Origin: Pseudomonas phage PaBG
Length of the DNA: 64,000 nucleotides
Sequence record: KF147891.1
Reading direction: 5' to 3' (one strand)
Shown in pieces: positions 33,839-43,106 of this stretch (its first letter is position 1; every line of letters begins with the position of its first letter). Under the pieces are notes generated by a model. It saw only the letters and a program-made list of their open reading frames with translations, searched no databases and was not told the origin of the DNA. Position numbers and translations under genes: made by a program.

Positions 33839-36157
33839 ATGGTGGCGGAAGTATTGGTATTGTCCGACGTCGGCCTTCAGGCGATCAACAACGCATCCGC
33901 AGGTGGTCAGCTTGTGGATGCGGAGTCCTTTCGTATCGGCGACAGCGCGGGCAGCCCGAACAAAACGGATGCGACCGACATCCTCGGGAACATGCTGTTT
34001 GAAGGCAACATTCACCATGTCGAGGTGTTGAACAAGAACACTGCCCGTTTCGTGTTTGAAGTTCCTGGGTATCAAGTGACTCAGGACACCGAAATCAAAG
34101 AGATGGCAGTGTTCCTGAGCTCCTTCATCTGCTTGGGTCGTGTCGTTCTGAAAGCGCCAATCACCCTGCTGGCTGGAGAGACTACGCGCTTCAACTGCTT
34201 GCTGGTAACGAATCGCTGCGACCTGACCACGATCAACGTCACCTTTGGCGACTACTCGTCCATCCCGATGACGCCGTTCGTGTATCAGCTCCAGTCGCCC
34301 GGCCTGTCAAACTTCAACGCTGTCACCGTCCTCGATGGTCAGATCAACGATGACGGTTCGACTTCGCCTGTGCTCGCCATGCGTTATGGTGGCGGCAGCT
34401 TCCAGTGGGCGTTCAGTAACCACACGCGCATCTTCTTCGGGAAGCCCACTGCTGCAACCAGCACCAGCGTGACCATCGATGGTCTCGATCTGGATGAGAA
34501 CGAAGTGGTCATCGGCCACATCGTCAACGGCAACGGCCTGGGTCAAACTCGTCGCTGGCGTGTGCAGAACGGTCGTCTTGTCGAGGCAGACAATCGTCCG
34601 ATCAACGGCCTGGATTCCAACTCGACTATCGCTGTTTGGCAGCGTAGCGCTGGTGGCGGACAAGGCGGCGGCGCTTGCAGCTACCCGCCTTCGATGAATG
34701 GCGTGCCTGCTGACTGGGTTCTCGTTCGCGGTCATGGTGCTTGCCCGCAGTGGGCTCCGCCTCGCTCTGGTGCTGGTAACACAGCCACGTTGTACTCGCC
34801 GCCAAGTCGTCTGACGATGAACACGGTGAGCTATACTGGCGACGGCACCACCGCACGCTACCCGCTGGGTGCTCTTGAGCTGGAGAACGTCAACTACGTC
34901 CATCCAGTGCTCGGCGGTGTGAGTCAGCACCGTAGCTCGTTCGACATGGCGGCCAACGAAATCGAGTTCGTGGAAAAGATCCCGATGGGTCTGCCTATCG
35001 AACTGCGCACGTACAACCGCATCCCGTCGAATGGTTCGCGCCTGATCATCAAGACGGACTTCTTCGTCGGCGATGGTGTGACGCAGCGGTTCAAGATCAG
35101 CCAGCCGATTGAGAACGCCAACTACGTCAAGCCGTATCTGCGTGGTATTTTCCAGTTCATCACCACGTACACCTACGATGCTGCAACGCAAGAAGTGGTG
35201 TTCATCGGTCCTGTGCCTGCTGGCGTGGACGTGGAGCTGCGTTCATTCCGCTCCGAAGACTTCGAGGGGTCGAGTACCCAGATCAGCACCTACACGTACA
35301 CCACGCGTGAGGACACACTGTTCCTGGAGTTGCCTATCTCTCCGCAGTCGGTTGAGTACGTCGAAATCAGCCAGAGTGGTGCGCACATTCACGCGAACCA
35401 GTACAGCCTGGTGGACAACAAGATCATCTTTGCAGGCACCATTCGCAAAGACCTGGCGCTTGAAGTCACGGTGTACGACAACAAGATCAGCCAGGGCAGC
35501 GCCAACACCAACCTCAAAGGCGTGGTCGTCGATGCTGTGCTCTCCGGCCGTAGCTTGAAGTTGCTGCGCCACGGTGACAAGCCCATCAGCTTGCCGATTC
35601 CAGCAATCTCGCTGGAAGCTGGTCCAGGTATGCGTATCAGCGGACAACATCCGTTCTATCGGATCGAGTCCACAATCGCAAACCAGATGACAGACGCCAA
35701 CGCCAACTTCAAGCACTCCGACATCCGGACGCAGAAGGACTCTTCGGAGATTCAGTTCACTCATCGGGTGAATCTGAGCACCGACGTCATGGTATCTGTC
35801 CACGCCGACTTCTCTGCGCAGCTCGGCCCTGGCTTCGTGTCCGTCGAGGGCTTGGAGATTATGGAGTACGTGGTTGGTTTCCGTACTTCCAAGTCGCGTG
35901 AACCTGAGTACGGCCGGCAGATTGCAGGCACGGGTACTGCTGGTTTCAGCTCCTTGGCGGGAGACAAGAACGAGCGCGCCTACTCCAACGCTTCGTTGAC
36001 CCAGGTGTATGACGTGATCGTTGCCAACCACGCTGCCGGTTACATCGACATCGTGGTGAAGATGCGAGTGAAGAACGCAAACGTGAGCCAGTATGGCTCG
36101 CTGCTGTCGTTGACCGTAAACATTGTCGGTACTCCGAAAATCGCAGCCAGCGAGTAA
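33839..36157 (+). CDS. tail fibre protein with tail-collar-type N-terminal domain (P2 gpH-like N-terminus)
   Basis: N-terminus VLSDVGLQAINNASAGGQLVDAESFRIGDSAG...ILGNMLFEGNIHHVEVLNKNTARFVFEVPGY parallels the P2 gpH / DUF3751 N-terminus; 772 aa. Confidence 0.6.
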   Translation: MVAEVLVLSDVGLQAINNASAGGQLVDAESFRIGDSAGSPNKTDATDILGNMLFEGNIHHVEVLNKNTARFVFEVPGYQVTQDTEIKEMAVFLSSFICLGRVVLKAPITLLAGETTRFNCLLVTNRCDLTTINVTFGDYSSIPMTPFVYQLQSPGLSNFNAVTVLDGQINDDGSTSPVLAMRYGGGSFQWAFSNHTRIFFGKPTAATSTSVTIDGLDLDENEVVIGHIVNGNGLGQTRRWRVQNGRLVEADNRPINGLDSNSTIAVWQRSAGGGQGGGACSYPPSMNGVPADWVLVRGHGACPQWAPPRSGAGNTATLYSPPSRLTMNTVSYTGDGTTARYPLGALELENVNYVHPVLGGVSQHRSSFDMAANEIEFVEKIPMGLPIELRTYNRIPSNGSRLIIKTDFFVGDGVTQRFKISQPIENANYVKPYLRGIFQFITTYTYDAATQEVVFIGPVPAGVDVELRSFRSEDFEGSSTQISTYTYTTREDTLFLELPISPQSVEYVEISQSGAHIHANQYSLVDNKIIFAGTIRKDLALEVTVYDNKISQGSANTNLKGVVVDAVLSGRSLKLLRHGDKPISLPIPAISLEAGPGMRISGQHPFYRIESTIANQMTDANANFKHSDIRTQKDSSEIQFTHRVNLSTDVMVSVHADFSAQLGPGFVSVEGLEIMEYVVGFRTSKSREPEYGRQIAGTGTAGFSSLAGDKNERAYSNASLTQVYDVIVANHAAGYIDIVVKMRVKNANVSQYGSLLSLTVNIVGTPKIAASE

Positions 36158-36160
36158 GTC

Positions 36161-36652
36161 ATGAACACTACGAACATGGAAAAACTCATCTGCTATGTCA
36201 ATCTTGACGGCAGTTACGGACGTGCAACTCGGTTACCCGAAGGAGCTCAGGAAGTAGGAGAAGAAGTCCTGCAGCTCCTTGAGGAGAACCCTGACCTGAT
36301 CGAAGTTCGCGTTGAGGGTGGTCTTATCCACGTCATCCCTTCGCTTATTTCCTACAAAGCGGAAGCCTGCGCTACTGTGCGTCGGGCGATCAACAAGCAA
36401 GTCCCTGGGGACGAACGCTTGAATCGCCTGATGCGTTCTACCGTGCTCGGCATTGGCTGTTTCGATGTCGAGTCCGGTTTGCTCCTTGATGAAAAGGAGA
36501 CGCGAGGCAATTTCCAAACCCTTGTGCAGTTGGACAACGACTTGCGCTACTTGGAGGCGAAATACGTCTCCAAGATCAACCAAGCGCCTGACGTGACCAC
36601 TGTGGATCATCACCTGGACGTATTCCAGAGAACTCTGCAAGGTACTGTATGA
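36161..36652 (+). CDS. putative tail fibre assembly/chaperone protein (by position)
   Basis: 163 aa directly downstream of the fibre gene, with an ATGA overlap to the next gene. Assignment is by position only. Confidence 0.3.
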   Translation: MNTTNMEKLICYVNLDGSYGRATRLPEGAQEVGEEVLQLLEENPDLIEVRVEGGLIHVIPSLISYKAEACATVRRAINKQVPGDERLNRLMRSTVLGIGCFDVESGLLLDEKETRGNFQTLVQLDNDLRYLEAKYVSKINQAPDVTTVDHHLDVFQRTLQGTV

Positions 36653-38028
36653 GCGTAAACGGTGTGTCCGACTCTCCTCTTTTGGAGAAAGCAGTCAACG
36701 GAGATCAGACAAGAGTGCCGATAGGCGCACCGGTGATTACAAACAACAAGAGCCAGATGTCGAAAAGCATCCAGCTCCTGACACCCGGTGCTGATCTCGT
36801 TACGCCTGAACTCACCCAGTTCGAGGCGTTCGGCGTGGAAGGCAAGGAGGCCTTCCGCAATGATAAAACCAAGGGCGTCGAGTTTCGTGACCGTACGTCC
36901 CCGAATGACAAGCTGATCGCGGAGTGGGCCTACGATCCTGTAGAGGGTTGTCTGGTACTGGTTCGCGTCAACAAGAAAGAAGAACGCATCTACGGGTTCC
37001 TGCGCCAAGAGTCGCTCGGTGTTGGTCCCACTGGTCCTCGCGGTAACCCTGGCAAAGACGGCCAAGACGGACGCGATGGGCGTGACGGTGCTGACGGTGA
37101 TCCTGGCTGCCCTGGCGATCCAGGTCCTCCCGGCGATGAGGGTTATCCTGGTGCTGAAGGTAATCCAGGCCTCATCGGTATTCAAGGTCCAGAGGGCTGT
37201 GAAGGTGCATCCGGCGATCGGGGTCTTGTAGGACCACAAGGTCGCCCAGGCTTCGAGGGTTCTCGTGGTCTGACGGGCCCCTCTTGCGCAGATGATCGGT
37301 TCGGCAACAAGGGCCCGCAAGGTATTGCGTTTGGCAAGGGTGTCTTGTTCGGCGCTGCGCAGCTTTCAAACCCGGAAGCTGCCATTGTTGGCTTGGACGA
37401 TGACGGCATCGACGCTGTTGCTCCTCCTGGCGGTTGGGACGGTTCTTCGACTCCACCTCCAACTTCGCAGCCGACAAACCCACCGCCACCGCCGACTGCC
37501 TCTGCTGGCATTTCTCTGTGTACGAATCACGGTAACGTCAAGAATAGTTGTGGCAATACCGTTAACGCGTGGTACTCGACATGGGCAAACTACGCGGCGC
37601 CCGGCGGTGCCAAGGGCCTGTCCACTCTGCCTATCGCTCGGCAGAACACGGCGTTCTGGCCGAACAGCATCGTCATGTGCGGCACGCTGCGTAAGAATGC
37701 GAGCTACACCTTTGAGCTGTCCACGCCAAACGGTGTCGCATCTTCTCTGTTCCTGAACTGCGCTATCGTCCTGCAGACAGATTACGTCGGCGGTACTTCC
37801 CGCAAGACCATGACCCTGACAGCAGATTCGTCGATTCGTCTGCGCTTCCTGAACAACGCCCCACGAATCCCGACGTGGTGCTCGTTGAAGATTTATGACG
37901 GTGCTACTGGTGCGTTGCTCTACAAGACAGGACAGAATGCACAGAATGCGGGCCTTTCTGGCGCAAACGCTTCCTACGTTATCGATCCTAACTGGAGAGG
38001 TAACGCTGCTGTTCAACAATACAACTAA
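36649..38028 (+). CDS. collagen-like protein with Pro-rich linker and C-terminal globular (possible lectin-like) domain
   Basis: Gly-X-Y triplets at nt 37018-37282, PPGGWDGSSTPPPTSQPTNPPPPP linker, then a 180-aa Cys-containing domain. Confidence 0.6.
   Translation: MSVNGVSDSPLLEKAVNGDQTRVPIGAPVITNNKSQMSKSIQLLTPGADLVTPELTQFEAFGVEGKEAFRNDKTKGVEFRDRTSPNDKLIAEWAYDPVEGCLVLVRVNKKEERIYGFLRQESLGVGPTGPRGNPGKDGQDGRDGRDGADGDPGCPGDPGPPGDEGYPGAEGNPGLIGIQGPEGCEGASGDRGLVGPQGRPGFEGSRGLTGPSCADDRFGNKGPQGIAFGKGVLFGAAQLSNPEAAIVGLDDDGIDAVAPPGGWDGSSTPPPTSQPTNPPPPPTASAGISLCTNHGNVKNSCGNTVNAWYSTWANYAAPGGAKGLSTLPIARQNTAFWPNSIVMCGTLRKNASYTFELSTPNGVASSLFLNCAIVLQTDYVGGTSRKTMTLTADSSIRLRFLNNAPRIPTWCSLKIYDGATGALLYKTGQNAQNAGLSGANASYVIDPNWRGNAAVQQYN
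37018..37282 (+). repeat. collagen-like Gly-X-Y triplet repeat region
   Basis: GPTGPRGNPGKDGQDGRDGRDGADGDPGCPGDPGPPGDEGYPGAEGNPGLIGIQGPEGCEGASGDRGLVGPQGRPGFEGSRGLTGP. Confidence 0.8.
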
Positions 38029-38037
38029 GGTCGTCCC

Positions 38038-38727
38038 ATGATTGGTTTGACTCGTATTCCCACGGGCATGATCTTCGCCCCAGGCGAGGCCTCACAGACT
38101 GAGGTAGTAGTCGAAGACGATCACCTAAAAGCGGCGGAGCCTGTTGAGTCTGACATCAGTGAAATCGAGAGCGGGTTCTACGACTGGCAACTCGGCATCC
38201 TGACACTCGCCATGTACAACGGAACCGTCATCAAGATCAGCGGTTTCGCCACTGCCGGTAACATCCCTGCGGGCCCTACAGGTCCGCAAGGTCTGCCTGG
38301 TAAAGATGGTAAAGATGGACGTGATGGCAAAGACGGTGCCAAGGGTCCAGAGGGTTGCCAAGGCCCACAGGGTCCACAGGGTGCTCAAGGTGCTACAGGT
38401 CCTGATGGTCGTGATGGGCAGATGGGCCAACAAGGTCCCCGCGGCTGTCCTGGCCCAAAAGGCCCTCCTGGCGAACGTGGACCAACTGGTCCTATGGGTC
38501 CATTGGGTCCGACCGGTCCTAGAGGAGAACAAGGTGCGCAAGGTGCTCCCGGCGCTCCTGGTCCTGCGGGCACAGTGAACATCATCGTCTCTACTACTGA
38601 TCCTGGTGCAGTTGGCGCCGGTTGGCTGTGGGTTAATCCAGGTGCGACAGGTGCCCCGAGCGGTGGTTCTGGTGGCGGCGGTTCTACTACGCCTACTGAC
38701 CCTCCGATTGGGACGCCATGGCCTTAA
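38038..38727 (+). CDS. collagen-like protein (GLTRIP N-terminal family)
   Basis: N-terminus MIGLTRIPTGMI...; Gly-X-Y region at nt ~38266-38575. Confidence 0.6.
   Translation: MIGLTRIPTGMIFAPGEASQTEVVVEDDHLKAAEPVESDISEIESGFYDWQLGILTLAMYNGTVIKISGFATAGNIPAGPTGPQGLPGKDGKDGRDGKDGAKGPEGCQGPQGPQGAQGATGPDGRDGQMGQQGPRGCPGPKGPPGERGPTGPMGPLGPTGPRGEQGAQGAPGAPGPAGTVNIIVSTTDPGAVGAGWLWVNPGATGAPSGGSGGGGSTTPTDPPIGTPWP
38266..38575 (+). repeat. collagen-like Gly-X-Y triplet repeat region
   Basis: About 34 uninterrupted G-X-Y triplets. Confidence 0.8.
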
Positions 38728-38741
38728 GGTAAGGTGAACAC

Positions 38742-39263
38742 ATGACAGGCTTGACAAGAGTTCCTCTGAAAATGATCGGTGCCTCAGGGCAGCCCGGCGA
38801 TGACGTTCGTTTCGACGGACGCGATGTCGCTGTGGTGCCCAGCACCGAGGACACGAACGACTACGGGCTCACCAGCGGTACGTATGACTCCATCGCTGGA
38901 CGCCTGACCCTGGTGCTGCGCAACGGCGCCCGCCTCGAACTCGACGGGTTCATCACCACTGGCGATATCGGCGTAGGCCCCGCTGGTCCGACAGGCCCCG
39001 CAGGCCGCGATGGTCGCGATGGCTTGAACGGCGTAGACGGCGAGAAGGGCGCCACTGGTTGCCAAGGCCCGGCCGGTCCTCCTGGTCGTCAAGGTCCTCG
39101 CGGTGAGCAAGGCATCCCAGGCCCCACGGGCCCCACAGGCGCTACCGGCCCAACAGGCCCGGCCGGGGAAGACGGCGTTCCGCAAATCTGGATTCAAACA
39201 GAAGACCCGGTCATCAAATCCGCAGATCACATAGTCCCCGGTGCATTGTGGGTGAAGCCGTAA
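38742..39263 (+). CDS. collagen-like protein (GLTRVP N-terminal family)
   Basis: N-terminus [12 protein letters not shown]...; Gly-X-Y region at nt ~38973-39180; SD AAGGTAAGGTG. Confidence 0.6.
   Translation: MTGLTRVPLKMIGASGQPGDDVRFDGRDVAVVPSTEDTNDYGLTSGTYDSIAGRLTLVLRNGARLELDGFITTGDIGVGPAGPTGPAGRDGRDGLNGVDGEKGATGCQGPAGPPGRQGPRGEQGIPGPTGPTGATGPTGPAGEDGVPQIWIQTEDPVIKSADHIVPGALWVKP
38973..39180 (+). repeat. collagen-like Gly-X-Y triplet repeat region
   Basis: [67 protein letters not shown]. Confidence 0.8.
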
Positions 39264-39275
39264 TGGAGTGACAAC

Positions 39276-42200
39276 ATGAGTCGTCTACGCATTCGAGACG
39301 CTAAGAATGTCAAATGGATTGACATTTGCCAGAGCGAATGGCGTGTGCGGAACCCAGCCAACACGGGCTGGATTCGTATTACTCCGGCGCAGGGCATTAA
39401 AGCTCGACACGGTAGCGAGTATTACTGGCTCGACATTGACTGTCTTGCAGAAGAAGGGACCGAAGATTGCGGCCAAGACGAATACGGCGGCACACCTGAC
39501 GGTAAGGGTGAGAACGGCACCGGTCCGGGCAAACCCAGCACTGGAGGCGGAGACGGCTCCGGTGGAGGTGGCGATGGCGGCGGTGGAGACGGAGGCGGTA
39601 ACGGCGGAGACAATGGCTCTAACAACGGCGGCTCTGGCGATGGCGGCGGTATCGATAACGGTCCGGATAGTCCGAGCTTCAACGATGGCGACTCCGGCTC
39701 CGGTAACGGCGGTAGCGGCTGGCAAGAAGATGCTCCGTACCCACCTGGCTTCGACCTGCCTGACTCTGATGGGGACGGTGCCGGCGACAAGGGCGATTGC
39801 ATCTACCGCCCGGGTTTGAACACCTGTGAGACCAAGCAACCTATCGTTGTGCGTCCTGACATGGACTGCGGTACGAAGCGTCCCGGATCGTGGGACTGCC
39901 CGTTCGAGTGCCCGGATTCTGTTTCTGGCTCTGGCGCTGGTATTTCCGAGTTCTACATCAACATGGGCACCGCCTCGGGTAACATCAAGTTCCCGTGGAT
40001 TGCCTCCGCTGGCGCTAGCTTCGATATTTACTATCGCGGCAAGCGGGTCGCAACAACCAGCGGCCAGCGTAAAGGCACTGGCGCCTTGACCTTCGTGTTC
40101 AACCCGGTGAACAACGACCCGATGCTGTTTGTCCGCGTGCGCTCCACGTACAAGACCAACACTTGGACGTTGCAGATCAAGTGCGTTGGCGATGACGACG
40201 ATGACGGCACCATCAACAACCCGCGTCCGTGCCACGGCACCTTCGAAGTCAAGAAAGAAGGCGGGCAAGGCACCTACGAGTTCTACCATAACCTTGGGCC
40301 GACTGCTGGTCTGACGGACATCCACTATCAAATGTGGAATCAGCCAGACAAGATGGAAGTGTTCAACCATGCGGGCGTGTTGATTGCATCGACTGGTGGT
40401 TACGTTGCAGGCGAAGCTCACCTGAAATTTCAGCACACGCCTGGCGGGTCGAACATGGTGCGCGTGCGCATTACTGCGCGTGACCCAGGTACGTCTTGGA
40501 TTTACCTGATCACCTGCCCAGGTGAAGACGGTAGCGAAGATAACCCGCGTGAGTGTTCCGACACCTCAGCAGTTAAGTCTGGCGGTGCAGGCGTCACAGA
40601 TACCTTCATCGACATGGGTTCGACTGCTGGTAAAGTTGGCATCCGCTACCAGATGTGGCAGATTCCGGACAAACTGGACGTCTATCAAGAGGGTACGCTC
40701 GTTGCGACAACCGGAGGTCCTGTTACGGGAGACCACTGGCTGTACTTCGACTACGATCCGAGTCGCGGTCAGAAGATTCAGGTGCGCGTCACTGGCTCGG
40801 GCGCCACGTCGTGGTCGTTCCTGCATACGTGCCCCGGGGATGAAGACCCGAATATCAGTGTCAACTCGCCAAGCGTGCGTGAGGGTGCTGCAGGTGAGTC
40901 TCCGCAACTGTGCTGGACCATCACAATGGACAAGCCTCAGTCGCAACCAGTGACAGTGGACTACGCAACTGGCGGCGGCAACGCAAACCCGGTCGCTGCA
41001 CAAGGTCGCATCTTGGCTTCCGACCAGTTCAACAATCCGTTCATCGCCGTTGTTGATCAAGCAAACTTCGGCAAAGTTGCGTTCGATGGGGGCTTCCCCA
41101 AGTTCTACAACTCGACCTACGTTGCACCGCAGCCGCCTCCGACGGGCGCACAGGTGTTCAACACATGGTGGCGTACTGCCGGTGCTGAGTTCTACACCAG
41201 CCCGAGCGGAATTCCTAGTGGTAGTGAAGCAAACGCATGGGCGTACAGTGCTGGGTCGGGCAACATCTCGTCCACAGTGAACTCCGCGAACATCATTTCC
41301 TTCATTTCGCCCACGGCATACGATAGCTATACCTTCGAGGCTACGCTGTCTTCTTCTGCTGCGGACGACGACATGATCGGCTTGGTTGCCGCATACGCTC
41401 GCGTCGGTAGTGACAACTACCAGATCATCGCTTCTCGCCAACGCGGCGGGTTGAACGCCTTCGGTAGCAACTGGTCGCTGGCTCTGGTGAAAAACAACTC
41501 TGTCGTGAAAGTGCTGGCGTCGAACGCTGTTGGCGGGACGGGAAACTGGAACGGAACACGCACCCGCGTTCGTGTGCAGCGCGATTGTAACCAGATCAAC
41601 GTCTGGTGCTCGGCTTACGGTAGCGAGACAATCTCGGAAAGCACCTTGCTGCAGGCTGACCTGACCAGTGAAGATTTGGCAGTGTTCGGCGGTGCTGCTA
41701 CTCGCTGGGGCTTCACTGCCCAGTCGCAAGAGAACGCCACGTTCAGCAGCATCTTCGTGTCTGGTATTGGCTTGCCGCCTGCGTTTACCTACCTGAAGAA
41801 CATCGCCCTGTGGTCGCGTAAACCCGGCAACAGCAAAGCGTTGATTTTGTGCGACTCGGCTACGGTTAACCAGTACAACCTGGGCACTGCCGGAATGGCC
41901 TTCGGTGTTGGTATGCCGGAGACCCTGCGTTCTGTAGGCTTCGATGTCACTATGAGGTACCTGCCGGATATGGGGAACAAGATCACTGCCGCGGACTTGG
42001 CAGACTACGGCTTCTTGGTCGTGCTGTCTACAGATCACACCGGGGTCAACCACGCGACCGGCACCAGTGCAGCCGTCGTGGCGAACTGGGTGAAGAATGG
42101 CGGCGGTTTGTTTATCGTCACTGACCACGACGTGTTTCAAGCTACTGCGAATGCTTTGGCTGCTCCGTACAACATCGAGTTCTACGCTTCCGTCGATCGG

Positions 42201-42929
42201 AGCCCGGTGAGTGTTGGTCAGATCATCGCGTCGCATGGTGATCACCCGGCTTGGGAAGGGTTGAGTTGTAAGTCGATCCCAGCTGGCGGTAGTGAAGGTG
42301 CCATTCGCATCAAGCAAGTGCGCAGTGATTACAGCCCGATTTCAGGTACTGTTACCTTCGCGCCTGGTGAAACGTCCAAGGAAGTGTGTGCGCCGATCAT
42401 CGGCAACGACACGCAGGATGGTGACCGTACCATCAACATGAACATCAGCAATGCGTCCAAGGGAAACATCACAGTGCCCACAGGTACTGGGACGATCATC
42501 GACGACGATAGTGCGCTGTGCCGGCAAAATCCGCAGGGCGTAGTGTATGAAAGAGCTGGTGGTGGAGATGGTGCTTACCTGATGCACGTTCAGCCTGATT
42601 ACAACTGTGCGGCAGGCAACACGAAGTACCTGATGATGGCGAACTTGACGTTCCCGTACACGGGCCCGTACGTTATCACCATGACGTCCGACGATGACTT
42701 CGAGCTGTACATCGACTGTAAGAAGGTTGCGTCTGGTCCGATCGGTACTCGGCAGTACACCGTGAACATCAACGCAGGTACACGCAACGTCATCCTTCGA
42801 TACTTGAACGTGCCAAACTGTACGCCTGGTTACGCTGGCTTTACCGCCCGCTACAACAACCTGATGGTGTACTCGACGCGCGCTGCTGATTGGAAGGGTC
42901 AAGCCAATAGCATTGGAGAAATCGAGTAA
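39276..42929 (+). CDS. giant adhesin-like structural protein (Gly/Asp low complexity, 3 tandem ~100-aa domains, two Calx-beta-like segments, PA14-like C-terminus)
   Basis: 1217 aa. G/D/S/N-rich region at nt ~39489-39726. Three tandem ~100-aa repeats (FPWIASAGASFDIYY..., TYEFYHNLGPTAGLTDIHYQMW..., DTFIDMGSTAGKVGIRYQMW...) at ~39939-40842. Calx-beta-like stretches (..SPSVREGAAGES...VTVDYATGGGNA.., ..GTVTFAPGETSKEVCAPIIGNDTQDGDRT...IIDDD) at ~40848-41016 and ~42340-42510. C-terminal region at ~42575-42900 is PA14-like: ..FPYTGPYVITMTSDDDFELYIDCKKV... Confidence 0.6.
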   Translation: MSRLRIRDAKNVKWIDICQSEWRVRNPANTGWIRITPAQGIKARHGSEYYWLDIDCLAEEGTEDCGQDEYGGTPDGKGENGTGPGKPSTGGGDGSGGGGDGGGGDGGGNGGDNGSNNGGSGDGGGIDNGPDSPSFNDGDSGSGNGGSGWQEDAPYPPGFDLPDSDGDGAGDKGDCIYRPGLNTCETKQPIVVRPDMDCGTKRPGSWDCPFECPDSVSGSGAGISEFYINMGTASGNIKFPWIASAGASFDIYYRGKRVATTSGQRKGTGALTFVFNPVNNDPMLFVRVRSTYKTNTWTLQIKCVGDDDDDGTINNPRPCHGTFEVKKEGGQGTYEFYHNLGPTAGLTDIHYQMWNQPDKMEVFNHAGVLIASTGGYVAGEAHLKFQHTPGGSNMVRVRITARDPGTSWIYLITCPGEDGSEDNPRECSDTSAVKSGGAGVTDTFIDMGSTAGKVGIRYQMWQIPDKLDVYQEGTLVATTGGPVTGDHWLYFDYDPSRGQKIQVRVTGSGATSWSFLHTCPGDEDPNISVNSPSVREGAAGESPQLCWTITMDKPQSQPVTVDYATGGGNANPVAAQGRILASDQFNNPFIAVVDQANFGKVAFDGGFPKFYNSTYVAPQPPPTGAQVFNTWWRTAGAEFYTSPSGIPSGSEANAWAYSAGSGNISSTVNSANIISFISPTAYDSYTFEATLSSSAADDDMIGLVAAYARVGSDNYQIIASRQRGGLNAFGSNWSLALVKNNSVVKVLASNAVGGTGNWNGTRTRVRVQRDCNQINVWCSAYGSETISESTLLQADLTSEDLAVFGGAATRWGFTAQSQENATFSSIFVSGIGLPPAFTYLKNIALWSRKPGNSKALILCDSATVNQYNLGTAGMAFGVGMPETLRSVGFDVTMRYLPDMGNKITAADLADYGFLVVLSTDHTGVNHATGTSAAVVANWVKNGGGLFIVTDHDVFQATANALAAPYNIEFYASVDRSPVSVGQIIASHGDHPAWEGLSCKSIPAGGSEGAIRIKQVRSDYSPISGTVTFAPGETSKEVCAPIIGNDTQDGDRTINMNISNASKGNITVPTGTGTIIDDDSALCRQNPQGVVYERAGGGDGAYLMHVQPDYNCAAGNTKYLMMANLTFPYTGPYVITMTSDDDFELYIDCKKVASGPIGTRQYTVNINAGTRNVILRYLNVPNCTPGYAGFTARYNNLMVYSTRAADWKGQANSIGEIE
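39489..39726 (+). repeat. Gly/Asp/Ser/Asn-rich low-complexity coding region
   Basis: GGGDGSGGGGDGGGGDGGGNGGDNGSNNGGSGDGGG... Confidence 0.7.
39939..40842 (+). repeat. three tandem ~300-nt domain repeats (protein level) inside the giant adhesin-like gene
   Basis: Each unit ends with a conserved ..W..L(I/H)..C(P/V)GD(E/D)D.. motif. Confidence 0.55.
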
Positions 42930-43099
42930 TGGCTGTCAGACTGCGAGTTCGTCAATCGACTAGCAGTCCGTGGATCGAGAACTTCGATAAGCTCGGGTGG
43001 AAGCTAAGGAATAGCTCCAATTCTGGATGGATTCAGATGCACCCGGGCAACACGAAAGTCCGCTCTTCGGACAACACACGCTGGCTCAATGTGAAGTGA
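42929..43099 (+). CDS. small protein (56 aa), paralog of the first ~55 residues of the 1217-aa protein
   Basis: [56 protein letters not shown] versus MSRLRIRDAKNVKWIDICQSEWRVRNPANTGWIRITPAQGIKARHGSEYYWLDID. ATG overlaps the upstream TAA (TAATGG). Below the track's size cutoff. Confidence 0.5.
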   Translation: MAVRLRVRQSTSSPWIENFDKLGWKLRNSSNSGWIQMHPGNTKVRSSDNTRWLNVK

Positions 43100-43106
43100 G
43101 GAAACT

